Assembly: GCA_964247055.1 (NCBI GenBank)
Contig: OZ176053.1
Location: 7,316,001 to 7,380,000 of the forward strand
Length of the DNA: 64,000 bases
Direction: 5' to 3'
DNA from: Paragordius varius
Taxonomy: Eukaryota > Animalia > Nematomorpha
Shown here piece by piece: positions 13,103 through 27,850 of the stretch. Under the pieces are notes generated by a model. The model worked only from the letters and a program-made list of their open reading frames with translations. It was not told the origin of the DNA and did no database searches. Every line of letters starts with the position of its first letter. The first letter of the stretch is position 1. A program made the position numbers and the translations under genes.

Positions 13103-14281
13103 CCAGCTGTAGACATAAATTATAACCGTTTTAACTAAGAGAAGACGTCAGAGAAAAGTACGTAGACGAATAATTTGATACAGACTCCATTTCGTTCATC
13201 TGACATTAAACGACAAAAACGCACAATTTAAGTTCGCCAAAAGCTATCGTTTTGTTTTTATCATTTAGTAATTTTGTCGAATTTTTGTCCTAAAAAGAAA
13301 ATTTGGGGTCGCATTGGGATCAGAAAAAAGAGGCTGTTGAAAGTTATCGTTTGCTAATATAACATATAGTGATGCTTCATCAATTAACACATGTGATATA
13401 TGGTTTAGAAAAATAAGAGTTGTAATTGATTGTAAAAGAGTGCGGTGTGCTCTGATAGACCACACTACTGTGAAGGCGCCTAAATTCAAGAGTTATTGAA
13501 TAATGAGCCAACTGAAACAATAAAAATAATCAGACGATTATGTCTATCGCAAAAAGCAATCAATAGATGTCTACAAGCTATGGGAAAAACCGATAACTTC
13601 AGTAAATGTGTCCATAAAACCTCTAAACGAAAATCGCCAAGTGACTTGCGAATTCCTGATTTAACGGCAGGAAAGGAAATCATTTTCGCATCGAATAGAA
13701 ACCGGCGATAAAACATGGCTTAGTTTTGTATACAAAAGCGGAAAAATCGTGACTTACCCATTGCCAAGCCGGTATCCATGAGCTAATGTCAAATCGCTTC
13801 GGCAAGAAGCCATTGCGCTGTTTCTCATGGAGGCAGATAGATATTGTTTTATGACCGGGTGAAATCATTTTTACTCAACTCTTGCGCAACAAATGAAATT
13901 CTAGTCATGTATTAACCACAGAACGACCGGACTTGGCCAGAAACTAAGTGATTTTGCTATACTACAATGTCCACACTAAGAACCAAAGAAAAACCTTAAA
14001 ATAGCATAAAAAATCTTATCCGCTAAACTCTTCTTAGATGTGGTTATACAACTTCGCGTTTAGACACACCCTGGCAAAGCAGCATTTCAATATTTCGATA
14101 TGTCGCCGGACAAATGGTTTTCCGCAAAAGACAATCAGTTTTTTCTGACACGGGTATAGATTGAATTGAGAGAACATAATTATTAGATAAAGATGTAAAA
14201 TATTTGAATAAAATAAATGATTGAATTCCTAAATACTTGTTTTCTCACCAAAAACTGGTAAAAACTTATGAATCTGCTACA
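13103..14281 (+). mobile_element. Decayed Mos1-like (mauritiana-type) mariner transposon; transposase remnant about 13274-14211
   Basis: Frameshifted pieces match Mos1 in order: SNFCPKK, KKEAVESYRLL, TCDIWFRK, IQELLNNEPTET, AMGKT, RKSFSHRIETGDKTW, NRFGKK, PGE, ERP...VILL, HTLAKQHF, DKWFSAKDNQFF, KIFE*. Left end TA|CCAGCTGTAGAC...; a degenerate right TIR at 14251-14280 runs into (TA)n. Confidence 0.92.
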
Positions 14282-17200
14282 TATATATATATATATATAT
14301 CGAATTTCTTCCATCATTAGGCCGTCTTCTTTCCTGAAAATAGAAATTTATCACACTTAAAATATATTAACGAAAAAATAATAAGGTTGCTACAATGTTA
14401 CTCAGTGCGGGTCCAAAGTTTCCGCCCGATTCCTAGCTTATTTGTTCAAAAGTAAAAATTGAAAAATTTTTATATACAATATTTTTATTGCTGTTTTTTC
14501 AATTTTCCTTAATAATGATCTTACAAACATTACGACCAAACTAAAGTCTAAAAGATAATATATTGTAGTGTTGTTTCATAAAAAAGTTATTCCAGCCAAA
14601 CGCAGGTAAGAATATAATGTGTAAAACTACTCGATAAAGAGTTTATTTTGTAAAATTAAGAAAAAATCATAGAACAAACATTATATTAAGCAATTGTTTA
14701 ACGGTTAACCAATTAAAGGTCCTTTAAGGAAACTTTCGTGCTTTTTACTGTATGTAATTTCATGCGGAGAGAGTATACTTTGCGTTTATATTACATATAT
14801 TAATGGGTAAAATTTCTAAAAATACACACTTGTGCATAAATTATTTTAAAAATGAAATGTTTTAATTAAAAATGAAAAAAAGATGAACGAATTTTTTTGA
14901 TAAAATTAATTTTTGCTGTTTTAAGCATGCATATTCGTTTCCAACATCAAATTCATTGATTGTGGTGATGTATTAATTTTTGACACTTTTTATTTCATTA
15001 TATATTGTTCCAATAAAAATCCTAAAAAGCAGAGAGCAGACAGGGCGCTTAATTAATTTTACTTGTCACCTAAAAAAAACCTTGCAGCAGCTCCATTTAT
15101 TTTTTATAGTTATGGTTTTGGTTAGATATAATTTTTTGTTTAATAATACATGTCCCTTTTTTATATCGCTACTAGCTAGCCTATACAACATAATATTCAT
15201 AAATTCAAAATAAAAGCCATGACAATTTAATTAAAAAATGTGGAAAATGCGAAATGTGGAATAGAATTTTGTCACAAATTGTGCTTTTCATTAATTAATG
15301 TGTCATGGCAAGTGTGGTGCCTGCCTTTTTTAATAACACACACATGAAATTTTAGAGCTAAAGGCTTGTAATAATTTTAACTTGTGTATCTTTTATAACG
15401 CTAAACTTTTTGATTATTAGCTTTTGTAAATTCATTTAAGTTGAAAGCCTACTTCTTCAAAACATTGTGACTTATAGCAAATAGCGGTATAAACATAAAG
15501 GTTTATTAAAAACAGTAAAAAAAACTGTTGAAATATTGTTGAGGGCAGGACAAATGGTATTTTAGTAAAATCTTGGTTCAAATATTCGTTTTTAATCAAT
15601 TAAAGTTAATTAAAATAGTATCTATACACTATTAATAAATAATTAATATCCTATATGAAATATTAACTACTACAAGTTAAAATTAAAAAAAAATCTTAAC
15701 ACAAGGCTGAAAAGAAACGTTAACAATTTATTTATATGTGTATGAAATTTGTTGAAAAGTGTTTTGAGTTAAAACTAAAAATGTATTTATATATACACTG
15801 TTACTGGTCCAACAAAAAGTTAATGGACTTAAAAGTTAAATGTATATAAATATTTATACATAAATAAAATTAAGTAATTATGTTTAAACGAAGTTGATAC
15901 TGATAAACTCTGTTATAAATTTTAATTGTAATTACTACCTGTGAATATTGTGTACCTACCTTACAACGTCAAAAATAATCAATTTTGTATGGATTATATA
16001 AAATAGTATCACTGTTTGTTATATAATTGTTATGTGTATATGATAAAAAAATATATATTTTTGGTTCTGGAAACCATCAATTTTATAACTTTATGTAATT
16101 GCAAAAAATTCAATATTGTACAATACTTGTTAGAAAGAGTTTTCGATTTTCAGGGCGTAAAATTTTGTGATGATAACTACTTATTATTTTTATAATTGTT
16201 TTTTCATCCTGATCATTTATCAATGAGGGGATTCGAAAAAGGGAACTGTTTTTGAGAATAATTAGCTTTTATTTATTAAAAAAAGAAATGTTTTAAGAAA
16301 CCCAAAAGCGACTCTAACGACTCTAAAAAGATTTCATATTTATTTTCATTATCCATTTTTCATTACAATGTTAACCTTATTTTTAGCATGTATTTTATTT
16401 AAATCATTATTATTAAGACATATATTTTAGGATATTTAAAAAAAATAAGTTTATATGTTTTTGTTGGACACATATAAAGGCTATCTATAAAATAAAAAAT
16501 GAAACATAATCACAACCATTTAACAAATCAATAGAAGCGGAACCAAAAACAGTTCCAAACCCTGATTTTGAGTTAAAAAATCATTATTTGATATTTTGTC
16601 AGTGATGGCAATAACTTGTTTACATTTTCTTTCGGATACCTAACGATAATTTTTTCTAAATGTTTTGTCGTATTTTATCTATTTAATGAGCATATTGAAT
16701 TATGAATTTATAAAACATAAAAACAGAATAAAACCCAAATATATACAATTTTAAATCTTAAATGTAGCTTATATTTTATTAAAATTTATACTTATCATAA
16801 ACATCTATGGTAAACGTTACACCAGTAGTTGCAATCATTTTTTGCCCACGACCCCCTTAACATCAAAATTTGATATTGCGCCCGTGTAAAAATTCTTAAT
16901 CCTTTACTATATTAATGATTTGTGAAACGGTTTACTATTTAGCTAATAAAAATCATTATTCAATTTGGTTTTCAAATAGTAAAACATACAGTTTCTAGCA
17001 TATTCAAAAATGTAAAAATGATTTTTTACAGGCCCTATTTTAATTTTTTCTACCCCCTCCGGTTTGGGAACCGAAGCCTTGAATATCTTTAACACTCCCG
17101 TAACGAGCACTAAAAAACGATCAAACAAACCTTAACTAAATTAATAGACTACAACACATTAATTTTTTGAATTGAACAGCCTTTAAGCATTCTTCATCAC

Positions 17201-19035
17201 CATCGATCAAGCGGTATCTTAATTTATTAGATAATTTTGGTCTTTATGGTAAAAACAATTGGTTATTCTGTCCTTTTATAATATCTCATTTCTCATACCT
17301 AAACAACATATAAAAGATCTGATACGATCTAATCTAATGCATATCAAAATAAACTTGACAATAATAAATTACTTAGTTAAGAGAGAGAAAAGCTAAAAGA
17401 TAACAAACAGCCAACCAAATAACAACGTTGCAGACACATATGGTAATGTTTTCTTGGACATAATCCATAAAATTTTATATCTGGTCTGGTGTTCTATAGA
17501 GAATTTAACGTACATTTTTATAAACAATATATTTCTGTTTTTTTCTTTTGTTTTGCTATGCGTTCGTTCGATTTGATTAGCCATATCGTATGTTATGACT
17601 GCTTAAAACAATATAATTCATATTTTCGATATTATGTCTTATAACGTTTTTGTTGGCTAAATAAATAACTTTTCGACCAATTGCCTTTTTCTCTTTTTAT
17701 TTTTGGCTCAAAAATTAGGTATCTTATAATCTTATCGTTGGCTCTCCATGATATAAATTAAACGAGAATAGTTTCATACGTTATTATTGTATATGTAACA
17801 AATATGTCTGTCAGTTATATATTTATATTCAAGGTCATTTAATAATAATTTAACAAACGAAAAAAAACTACTGAAAAAAATATTTAATATATATAAAAAA
17901 AACCAACCATATATATATGTTTTTAGTCGTACACAGCACAGTATCAAAAATAATTATTTTGAAATTGGATCTAAGCCTATATTTCTCTATATGAGACATG
18001 ACCGTAATTAAATTTAAATTGATTTTAAAATAGTTTGTGTTTAATATAATTAGTATGAGTCAAAAATACAGTAGTAATAATCCATTATATATATATATAT
18101 ATATATATACAGTTTCTAGCAGGGCCATAAAAAAGCTTTCACAATATCATTTAATTATTTTTTAATTAAGTTTTAATTTATATATTAAAGTATTATATTT
18201 AAATTAAAGTCTCGAAACAATTTGATATAGCTAATCAAAAAGGAATGAATTCAAAGCTTTAAATGGTTTTTATTCTGAAATCCAAACTAACCAAAATAAT
18301 GTTAAATATATTAAAAATTTGAAACTTTAATTGTATTTTCTTCCTTTACAATATCTTAACAATTTTAATTTCTACTCATTGTCATGGTATATTTTAATAA
18401 TATATAAAATAATTCAGTCTCATGCATAAATTTAGCCTTCCTCATTAACCATAAATATGTGTTCCATTTTATTATTGTGGTTTTTTTGTCATTCATAAAA
18501 CATGTCGTAATATGTATATAATGGCTTTTGCGAAAAAAAACTTATTGCACACTTTACATTTCACATTATATCGTTAAGGATTTGAGCAATATATATATGC
18601 ATGTATATACCTATTTACATAATAAAATTATTAAATTATTTAATATATCCTGCTGCCTGTATAAAAAAGGTACAGTTTTTACCAAATATGATTGTAGGAG
18701 ACAATAATATTATTTTTTTCTAAAATAAATTTATCAATTCAGAAATAGTATAAATTAGTCCAAATAAATTTAAATTAAGGATTTTTTAATGTTAAATATT
18801 AGATTAGTCAGACAATTCCTCAACATATCGTTATATGAGCGCCCTTCACTAAATACGCCCATAAAAACATTAAGTTTAAACTTTAACAATGTCAATTCAG
18901 CGCTTTCTAGTTTTGATGTATGGGGCATAATTTTTACCCTTGTCATCCCCTATTTATTACGCCACAGAATTTATGAATATTTTGTAATAAAATCTAAGGA
19001 GTAAAAATAGTAAACATAATTCGATTGGTATCTGA

Positions 19036-19302
19036 TATACCATTTACAATTTAAATCACCCTTGAAAAATTCAAAGTCACCCTAAAAATAAAATGTTTTT
19101 TCGAATATAATTCATTATTAATATGAAATAAATCTTTATGGCTAAGTTTATTAGTCTTTCAGTATTATTTTGATTACAAACAAAATTTCAATTTTTTAAA
19201 AATATTAAAAAATATAGGTATTATTTAATCTTAAAAAGCACATAATTTATTTTAGGGTGAATTTGATTTGTTCAAGGGTGAATATGAAGTGAAATGGTTA
19301 TA
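19036..19302. mobile_element. About 265-bp MITE related to the 9127 element
   Basis: Termini TATACCATTTACAATT / AAGTGAAATGGTTATA, with inverted subterminal TCACCCTTGAA / TTCAAGGGTGA and TCACCCTAAAA / TTTTAGGGTGA. Confidence 0.65.
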
Positions 19303-22300
19303 AAATATAAAGGGATATGCACACCTTGTAAAAGTCGATATATTTTTAACAAGCCTTATGTTCTACCACTATTCTTAAACTGATAAAAAGCGCCCCTTTG
19401 GCCAAAAAGCTGATCTTAAAACGTTATTTTAAATAATAATTCTGGTTTGTGGGACATAGCATTAGTTTCGGTTAATTCGTAACGAGTTTCAGATGGTTAT
19501 TTTAAAATATGAAGGTTAATTCGTTATATTTATGATCAATGATTAAAAATAATGTCAAAAACTAGTATTAGATTAGTTATTTGAGTATTCATTTGGCTTC
19601 GAATAATATAATTTATTTGCATATGAGAATGATATGTTCATTGTTTGCTGCACAGTTTCAATTTAACATATTATAAGAAACTTTATATCAAAATTTTGGG
19701 TTTTCTGCCAGACTTTATACCAGAAGTTTTTTTCGTAAAATCTTTTAACCTTATGCTTAAAAATTATGTTTTACAGGTGGAGTCATGCAAAATTTAAATA
19801 GCAACCAATAAAAAAAACAGCCGATATTATATACAAATTTAAATAATTTACAACACTTTATACTGACATTATATATAAAGAATATATTTGGGCCATTCAG
19901 AAGTCTAAACTAATTATAAAAATATATAATAAACGGTAATTTAGCCTAAACCTTCGTTACTGTTTTTAAATTTTTTTAGTGTATAATTGGGATAATTATT
20001 AAAGCCAATTGAAACAAACAGCGGGCTTTAAATATATATTAACGTAATTTGTTATCAAAACGTAATAAATGCATTTAAAGTCAAAAAATTTTATTAATCA
20101 TGATATGTTTTATATATGCCAGTTTCTTTAAGCGATTCAACAAATTTTTGAATTTTTTTTTGTAAAAAATGAATTAGCCCTTAAAAAGCCTGATACACAT
20201 TTATTCGGCCCAACATTCAGGATATATTATAATACATTTAGAATTAAAATCGCTTTGGGTATTAAAACTACTCATAAAAGGTAATAGTTGGTAAAAAATA
20301 AACCATATTTTTACATGGCAACAAATAAAAAATACATGGCGCAAAAAGGTTAAGAGAACTTTATTTTACCAAAGAGTTCCTATTCTTTTTTAAGATAAAA
20401 TTTGAACCGTTTTTTAGAAAAATACCCTATAGGGTCTAAAGTGTTTATAAGTTTAAAATTATTGTATTTTGTAAGCAACAACAAAAAACTTCTGCGCAAC
20501 CAATAATTTATTTAACTAAGTTAAGTAAAAATCTAATGTTAAGTAACTTCCCAATAAACATCAATCTTTAGTCTAAAATAAATAATTTGATTGTAAATCA
20601 TGTAAAAAACGTTTTTAGTATTGATTATATATTCAAAAGTGTTAAATTCTTTCTTTATTTATGATTGATTTCTTTAAGGCAAAGTTAAATTAAAATGTTG
20701 TTAAATAAAAAATATTCATCTTGTCACTCATACATATATGCCCAAATAATAATTTATATTAATAAATAAAATTTGTTTTATTGCTTCAATAACTAACTAT
20801 GCGTTTGAGTATCAGAATATTATTTTCTTATACTTTACCATCAAAGATAAATTTAGCGATCATTTAATCTGTAAAATAAAACAAGGGCTATTTTTATTTG
20901 AGTGTTAGGATGATAGATTTTGAAAACATATACTTAAATATATATGGGGTTAATTAAGTTCAAATTTTTGAAGGGTATTTAATTTCTCTACATTGGCGTT
21001 TGTTTTTAAATTTTGATATGTTGGCAAAAAAGATTTTCAATTAATTTTACCAATATTATGATCTATCTAAAAACTAATATGATAAAAAATACTTGAAGCT
21101 TATCAACTATCACTATTATGTATGGTTTTGATTATTTATAGCCAAAAAGACTTGCAATTTATTCCTTAATTCTCTTAAATAAAAATGAAGTTTATTATAT
21201 ATTTGTACCCAACCTAATTTCATTCTAAGGATTATAATCAAGATTATAATTTTGACAATATACGTGTGCGTCATCTAAATTGGAGTTTGATATATTTATA
21301 AACAAAATTTAACCATTTTAGTATTAAATTTTAAAATCAATATTTTATGTATCCAAAAATATATCATATATATCTATATGTAAGGGCATTCAATTATCCC
21401 TTAAGGAATTTGTACTGGAAAACACCTTTTATCTAATGCGCTTGTGTGTGGTGTTGAAAGACAGACAACAACCATGAAAAAAACACTTTTTATTGAGCCT
21501 TTACCAGGGTAACTCAAAAAATATTGCATAATATACAGATATAGTTCATATGAAATATTAATTATTAATTATATGCCTTACGAACATAAAAAATGAAATA
21601 AAACATTATTACATTAAAAATGATGAGAAAAATTATATATATTTTTAGTTTGGCTCATCATGTTTTATATATATATACGAAATTTGCAACAAGGCAATTT
21701 TGTATTTGCGTGGATAAAAAATTGTAAGATGGATGTTTTTTTAGACGCAAAATATACATACAATAGAGTATTTATATTTTAAAAAATGATTATGGTAATT
21801 TTATCAGTTATTAAGATCAAGCTTGCAAGGTATAATTTTAAACTTTTGGCCAATGTCTATCAAATAAACCTAAATTTTTTTAGTTGAAATCATTATTAAT
21901 AATGAAATTTTTGAATATTAAAAATATTATAAATTAAAATCGTATTCCAAGCCAATAAATAATATATGGTTATGGGGGTTTATTAATTATAAATTTATTT
22001 CAAAATTATTATATTTATTCGGTTGTGATAATTAATTATTGCTAATTATTTTTGAATGTTAGGGTGCACATTATATGTTAGGGTGTAATAGATATATAAA
22101 TATGTTAGGGTGCAATTAAATTACTTTTTTCTCCTGGATATCCATGCCAGCAGAATATTTTAATTTTATACGAATAAAAAATATAATTGAAAATAATTAC
22201 ATAAAACTATTTTATATTTATAATTTAATCTCTATGGTCTGTGTACAAAAAATAGTTGTTTTTGTGGTATAGCTGAAAAAAATGTTAAAAACAAAATGCA

Positions 22301-23664
22301 TATAAAAATATAGTATTAAGACTAGTATTAACATACACAATACAATACATGATATCCACAACAAAATTTTAAATAGTGATGGGAGGAAATATAGCAGTGT
22401 ATAAAAATACTTGATATATAAAATGTACTTGGTAGATGGATGCATACATATTCATTAATATATTTTAAATTTAACATTCTAAAATTTTAAGATGTGAAAA
22501 ATTGTTCCTACTTTGCATAATAGTAAAATAATAATTAATAGTAAATTTGAATTATAATGTTATCGATAATTGGTTTCGTGACCAAATTCTGATTTGATTG
22601 ATTTGCCGGATGATGATTATGTTTTTTAATTGTCCAATTTTTTCTTAATTTGATTTTGTGGGAGCTTAGTTACTCTCCTGTGAGTAATAAAAGAAAAATA
22701 ACGTAACATGCAGACACGTGGAATGGAAAATGAATAAAAAGGACTTGTCATTACTGTATTTTATAACGATTGCAATAACAAGCGCTCTTGAGATCCAAAA
22801 AACCACAACAAATCCTAATTTCAGTTTTTATGGTAAATCGATAATTTTATCTTGTCATCCTAACAAGGGATAAGCAACATAATATTACATTGCTATTTTA
22901 CGTTAATATTCAATATAGGCTAATAGAATTATTGGTATGGATGAAAAATATTAAATGAAAAAGAAAGTCTGAAGACATATTAAATTACGTAGCTGTTTTT
23001 GACATTGGGTCTCTAACCCTCCTAGAATTTTTTTTCCACGGGCGTAAAATTCGGAAATTCCTAATTTGCAAAAATATACGAAATTCTGGTAACATTTTTA
23101 CTAAAAAATTTCTTTAAAAAAATCTCTTCAAGTAGAAAAAAATTCCTATAATGTGCTTGAATTTTACTGTCCTATGTGGGAAATCTATGAAACAATTGAT
23201 GAAAGATTATATATATTTAAGCAGCTCGCGGGTTTTTTTAGGGGTAAAAATGCGGCCCGCCATATTTGTATTACCTGGGTTAAACAATTCTTTACTATTG
23301 AGTGAATTATTCATTGAACCCCAATAATGGTGCCTATGTATTACCCCAAATTAAATGATTTAATTATTCAAATACTTGCTAGGCTACTCAATACATTTGA
23401 TCTTAACTTCTGAATTCCCACTCACCAACGTGAATTAGCCAAATACGATAATTAAAATAGAATTAATTAAATGCTAATTCACAATATGGAATAATTAGAT
23501 ACAGATTAAATGAGTAATATAGACGGCTACAAAAATTATCTTGACGAAATATATCTAATGAAATGTATCAAGACTCTGGTATTGACACCTACAAGTAATT
23601 ATAAAAGATATAACTTTTGTGGCATTTAAAAGACGCAGAATCTTGGCTTTTTGTTTTTATTTTA

Positions 23665-23950
23665 AAACTAGCCCGTTTTAGAGGGGTCAAAAAATCTGTA
23701 ACTTTTGGAGCCCACATTCACAAATTAAAATTATGAATATTGATTTGCTTATTAATAATTTATTGTAACCTAGATTTTACCAAAAAAATTTTCTTGCATA
23801 ATGCAAGCTAATTTTTTAGATTTTTTAATATGGAGTAATTATCACGAAATTGTAGATATTTTTCTTAAGGACTCGAAAAGCCCAAAAGCAAAGGCACATA
23901 GATCATGAATTAATCTATCAATGTATATTATCACGATATATTCAACACCT
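23665..23950 (+). repeat. Dispersed repeat; second copy at about 48085-48330
   Basis: Shared blocks AAAACTAGCCC(G/A)TTTTAGAGG(G/A)GT...ACTTTTGGA and CCAAAAGCAAA(G/A)GCAC. Confidence 0.55.
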
Positions 23951-24767
23951 CACTATTTTATCACTCCGCATGAAAACTCCTATTTAGTTTATCATTTTCT
24001 TGTTAAATCAAACTAATATTTTATATAGCTTACGAAATTTCGTATAACTAAAACCATAAAGCCTTTATTTAAAGATTCGATTTTTATAGACTCGTTATTC
24101 TTTAACACTGGCTTAAATTTGACGATTGTTAGCTGTGTAAATCAAAAACTCCATAACTGATTTCGATTAACTTCCATTTAGCTTCTTGTCTGTGCCTTAC
24201 GAAATCACCCTATGGCGCCGAACCTAGAAATCAACTCAAAAGAGATCGGTTAAGCTTAATGAGTTTTTCATAACCAATTTTTTCTATCTGTAATTGAAAA
24301 TATATATTTAATTATCTAATTCAAAAATTTTTGTTTATAATAAACCTTATTTTATATTTTTATAAATGGATGATGATTTTAATGTGATCCATATATAAAA
24401 TATTGGAATATTAAAAGGAGACTGGCAAAAAATTTACGTTTTCATCAAATATAATGCAATTAAAACATTGCTAGTTTTTAATTATTAGATTTAGAGTAAA
24501 AAGAAATTTGGGTGTTATTAGAGACTTATATAATATATGTATTTTTACTTTTTCCTTTTTTAACCAATAAAATTTCTGTTTAATGTCAACTCTGCGAATA
24601 TTTAATGTAAAACGAGCGAAGCCTTACCCAGGTCAATATTTTGATTTATAAAGCTTTAGAGTTTTTTTCTTCAGTAAACTTTCAGTTTATGTAATAACTC
24701 ACTCTCAAAAAATGAATATATTATATTTTAATAATCGGTAACAATAAGGCCATCCCTTTTAATGTTT

Positions 24768-25142
24768 AGAACTTGCGAACAAATCATGTACTTAATACTG
24801 ATTGGTATGTTGACGACCCCATACCTTTTATATTAAATAAACATAAAATGAATTCATTTCAAAAGTTTGCACATATAACCATTCAAAATATAGATGTTTC
24901 TTATTTATATTCTAGCTTGATGACAAAAACTAAGGCGACATCGAACGAATTTAAATTTTGACTCAAACCAAAAATAGAGGCGAAAAAGTTTAATTTTCAA
25001 AACTAAATATTTTAGCTTATTAATAATAATTTGGACAAGATAAAAACTAAATTTAAATTGGTACCGCCCTTTGTAGTAATATAATAATAACTAATTAAAT
25101 TGGACTGAGTGAACCAGATACCTCCATTTAGATCAAAGTGAA
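24768..25142 (+). mobile_element. Diverged, internally deleted copy of the TTAA-flanked MITE family (see 31547)
   Basis: Partial matches GACCCC...AAAAGTTTGCACATATAAC and AGATACCTCCATTTAGATCAAAGTG. Confidence 0.4.
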
Positions 25143-27734
25143 ATTAGATTTTATCCTATTAATCGATGTTATAATTTGTCTTATTAATAATATTCGTATA
25201 GTTTTTTAGTATTTGTTTCCCCTAATTTGGTGATAAATTTTGAAAATAGGCATACTTTATATTGCCATAATATATTTTTTGAAGGTAAGATGTTCAAAAT
25301 TGATTGCTAGAGTTATCATTTGACGGATAGGCGGGCTATCTATTAAATCATTAAAAATATTTTATTGAATTATTGTAGTATTCAGTTGATTTATGGTTAT
25401 AATAGTCCCAATTTATTAATATATATTAATTTGTTAGTTATTCAGATTGTCAAAAGTTTTTTTTGGGATGTTATGTTAAGCGTAGGATAGAGTGGATAAG
25501 GCACCAAACTTTGTTCCCTATTTATATTATATTTTTTCCAAATTTATTTATTGATACTTCTTCTGGCTTTTATTGGGAGTTTATGTAAAAATTTGAAATT
25601 TAATTCCCTTTTCCAAAAAATTGAATAAAGTAATTTCCTTTATATTTTGGATTAATTATTTTCGACCATATAATCAAAAACCTATGTTTATCATTATTAT
25701 TAATTTTATTTATTTGTTAACAGTTTGACAACCTAATTATGTTCATGATTGTTTTATTCAATTTCGGTATATTTTGATAAGAAAACAAATAATATCATTC
25801 CATGATGTATTCGAGCTAAATAAATGGCTTTAAATTATTTGATTTTGTGGGCACATAAATATCCTAATAACATCTAAGGTACCAAAATTATATTATGTCC
25901 GCCATCATTCATTTTAATATACCAATAGATTTTTCTCCAGAAAAATAATCACACCATTTTTATAGACCTGGATAACAGAAGGGTCTTACGGATGTCAACC
26001 TGAGTTGGCTCTCTTCTCTCGTGCGGGTAACTGTCATTGCCTGCCAAAAAAGGACATTTGATACTATCAAAATCAGATAACTTTACTTGATACGAGTTTT
26101 AAAATTTAATCACTTTATTTTCATTTTCTCCAAAAGCAATTTTATTGGCTAATACAGTTTATGCTTCTGTTTGTGGTATTAGACTCGCTAATACCGATAA
26201 AACATTTATACAACCACCTATTATCATTTAATAATAGATCTAACCCATTAATAAATTAATGTCGTTTATAAACATATGGAAATATTTTGGAATAAGGGCC
26301 CTGACCCCGAAGTTATTTCAGATATATGTTTATTATTAAGCTTAACTGAATCGTACAATCATGTTGAATATGATTTTTGTTGTTTCTTGTATCTATTATT
26401 GTACCTTTGATTATGACCAAATATTTGAGGGTTTAAATACATATATTTTAATTCAAATATCACGAAAGATATTTAATGTGTATTTGAACTCCCAAAGTCG
26501 GTTATAATAGACAGTAATTGACGAAATTATATTGGAACGCATTTGCTTTATTAACAAAATTATGGTAAACGATTAAAAAATAATATCAAGTACCATCTTT
26601 TTACATAATTGCTATTTTTAATTTAAATGTTTCATTGATAATTGACCTAAAATTATAAGCTAACAGAGTTTTATCATTACAGTGATTAATTGTAATGATA
26701 AACCATTATATATAATACACAGTCCAAAAATAATGCATCAAAATTCTCATCATGCTTTTGGGTCTTACGATTGATTTAAGAAAGTTAATATCACTTTTGT
26801 GTGATTTCTTAATGTGGAATAATCGAAAAATTTGTGCAAATTATCATAAATTTTTTTCCGGAAAATAAATGTCCTTTCCAAAAAAACATTACTAAAACAT
26901 ATCATATATATACAAATAGTAACACAATATGTAAAATTAATTTTTACACACGTGGGCACCGAAAAATTTTGTGGCTCTCTCTAAAATTGGCTTACTTATT
27001 AACACAAAATTGTCGAGATTTTTTGACAAGATTTTTTTATGGTTGATTATGACGAAAAAAATATTTTGGATAAAAATTTTACCTTGGTTTAATAGTTTGA
27101 TTTTTAAAAACATTTTGATGAGCCATATTTTATGATATTTCGGAGCATGGAAAACTGTAGAAAAACATTTTGATATATTATAAAACACCTTTCTATATTC
27201 AATAATGCTCAACATTTTTATCACCTCATTTTAATTAAATTCTGTTCGTCTTCAAATTTAATTAAAATACATTGTGTTTCTCACAAAAAAATCTTCTAAA
27301 ATTTGAGGCGAACAAAACTTTTAATTAAAATTCTAAGATGATATAAATGTTAAGCATAATTGAATTACATAGAATAATTGTGTTTTATAATATTTTAAAG
27401 TGTTTTTCCGTTTTCACCATCCCCCAATATACTATAAAATACGGTCATCAAAATTTTGCCAATTAAATCTATAAAAATATACCTTTCTTTTAAAAATATT
27501 TTTTTTGGATGCCGCAATCTACCTATATTAAAAAATCACCTCAATCTCGAAATTTTGGCGTAGAAGCATAAAAGTTATCTAAAAAGTAATAACATAGTGT
27601 TTTTATTTGATTATATTTTTACTATTAATCATTTATATCAAAATGATTAGGCCATTAAAAATGGAACCGAAATTAAACATCCTTTCTTATGCAATAAATT
27701 ATTTGGATTAAATCCTTTAAATTGCGACCCAACC

Positions 27735-27850
27735 ACAAAAATTTATTTGAAATCAGAATCTGACCCATTTGGTGGTCCATAAACAATGTATGGAACCACC
27801 AAAAGTTATACCAAATCCACTGGCTTTAATTTGATTTATGTCTTAGGAAA
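27735..27850 (-). pseudogene. Fragment of a Tc1/mariner (DD37D/maT-like) transposase catalytic region
   Basis: RHKSN*SQWIWYNF followed by GPPNGSDSD...FVVG resembles AH(K/T)SxKTQxWLxxNF...WPPNSPDLNPLDYxVWG; short and degenerate. Confidence 0.4.

Noticed and set aside
13265-13868. ORFs 13265-13489, 13486-13716 and 13680-13868 (-) as exons of the zinc-finger gene
   Set aside because: They are antisense to the mariner transposase remnant.
22056-22113. Three TGTTAGGGTG motifs as interstitial telomere
   Set aside because: The TTAGGG hexamers are isolated and not tandem; more likely a short decayed repeat.
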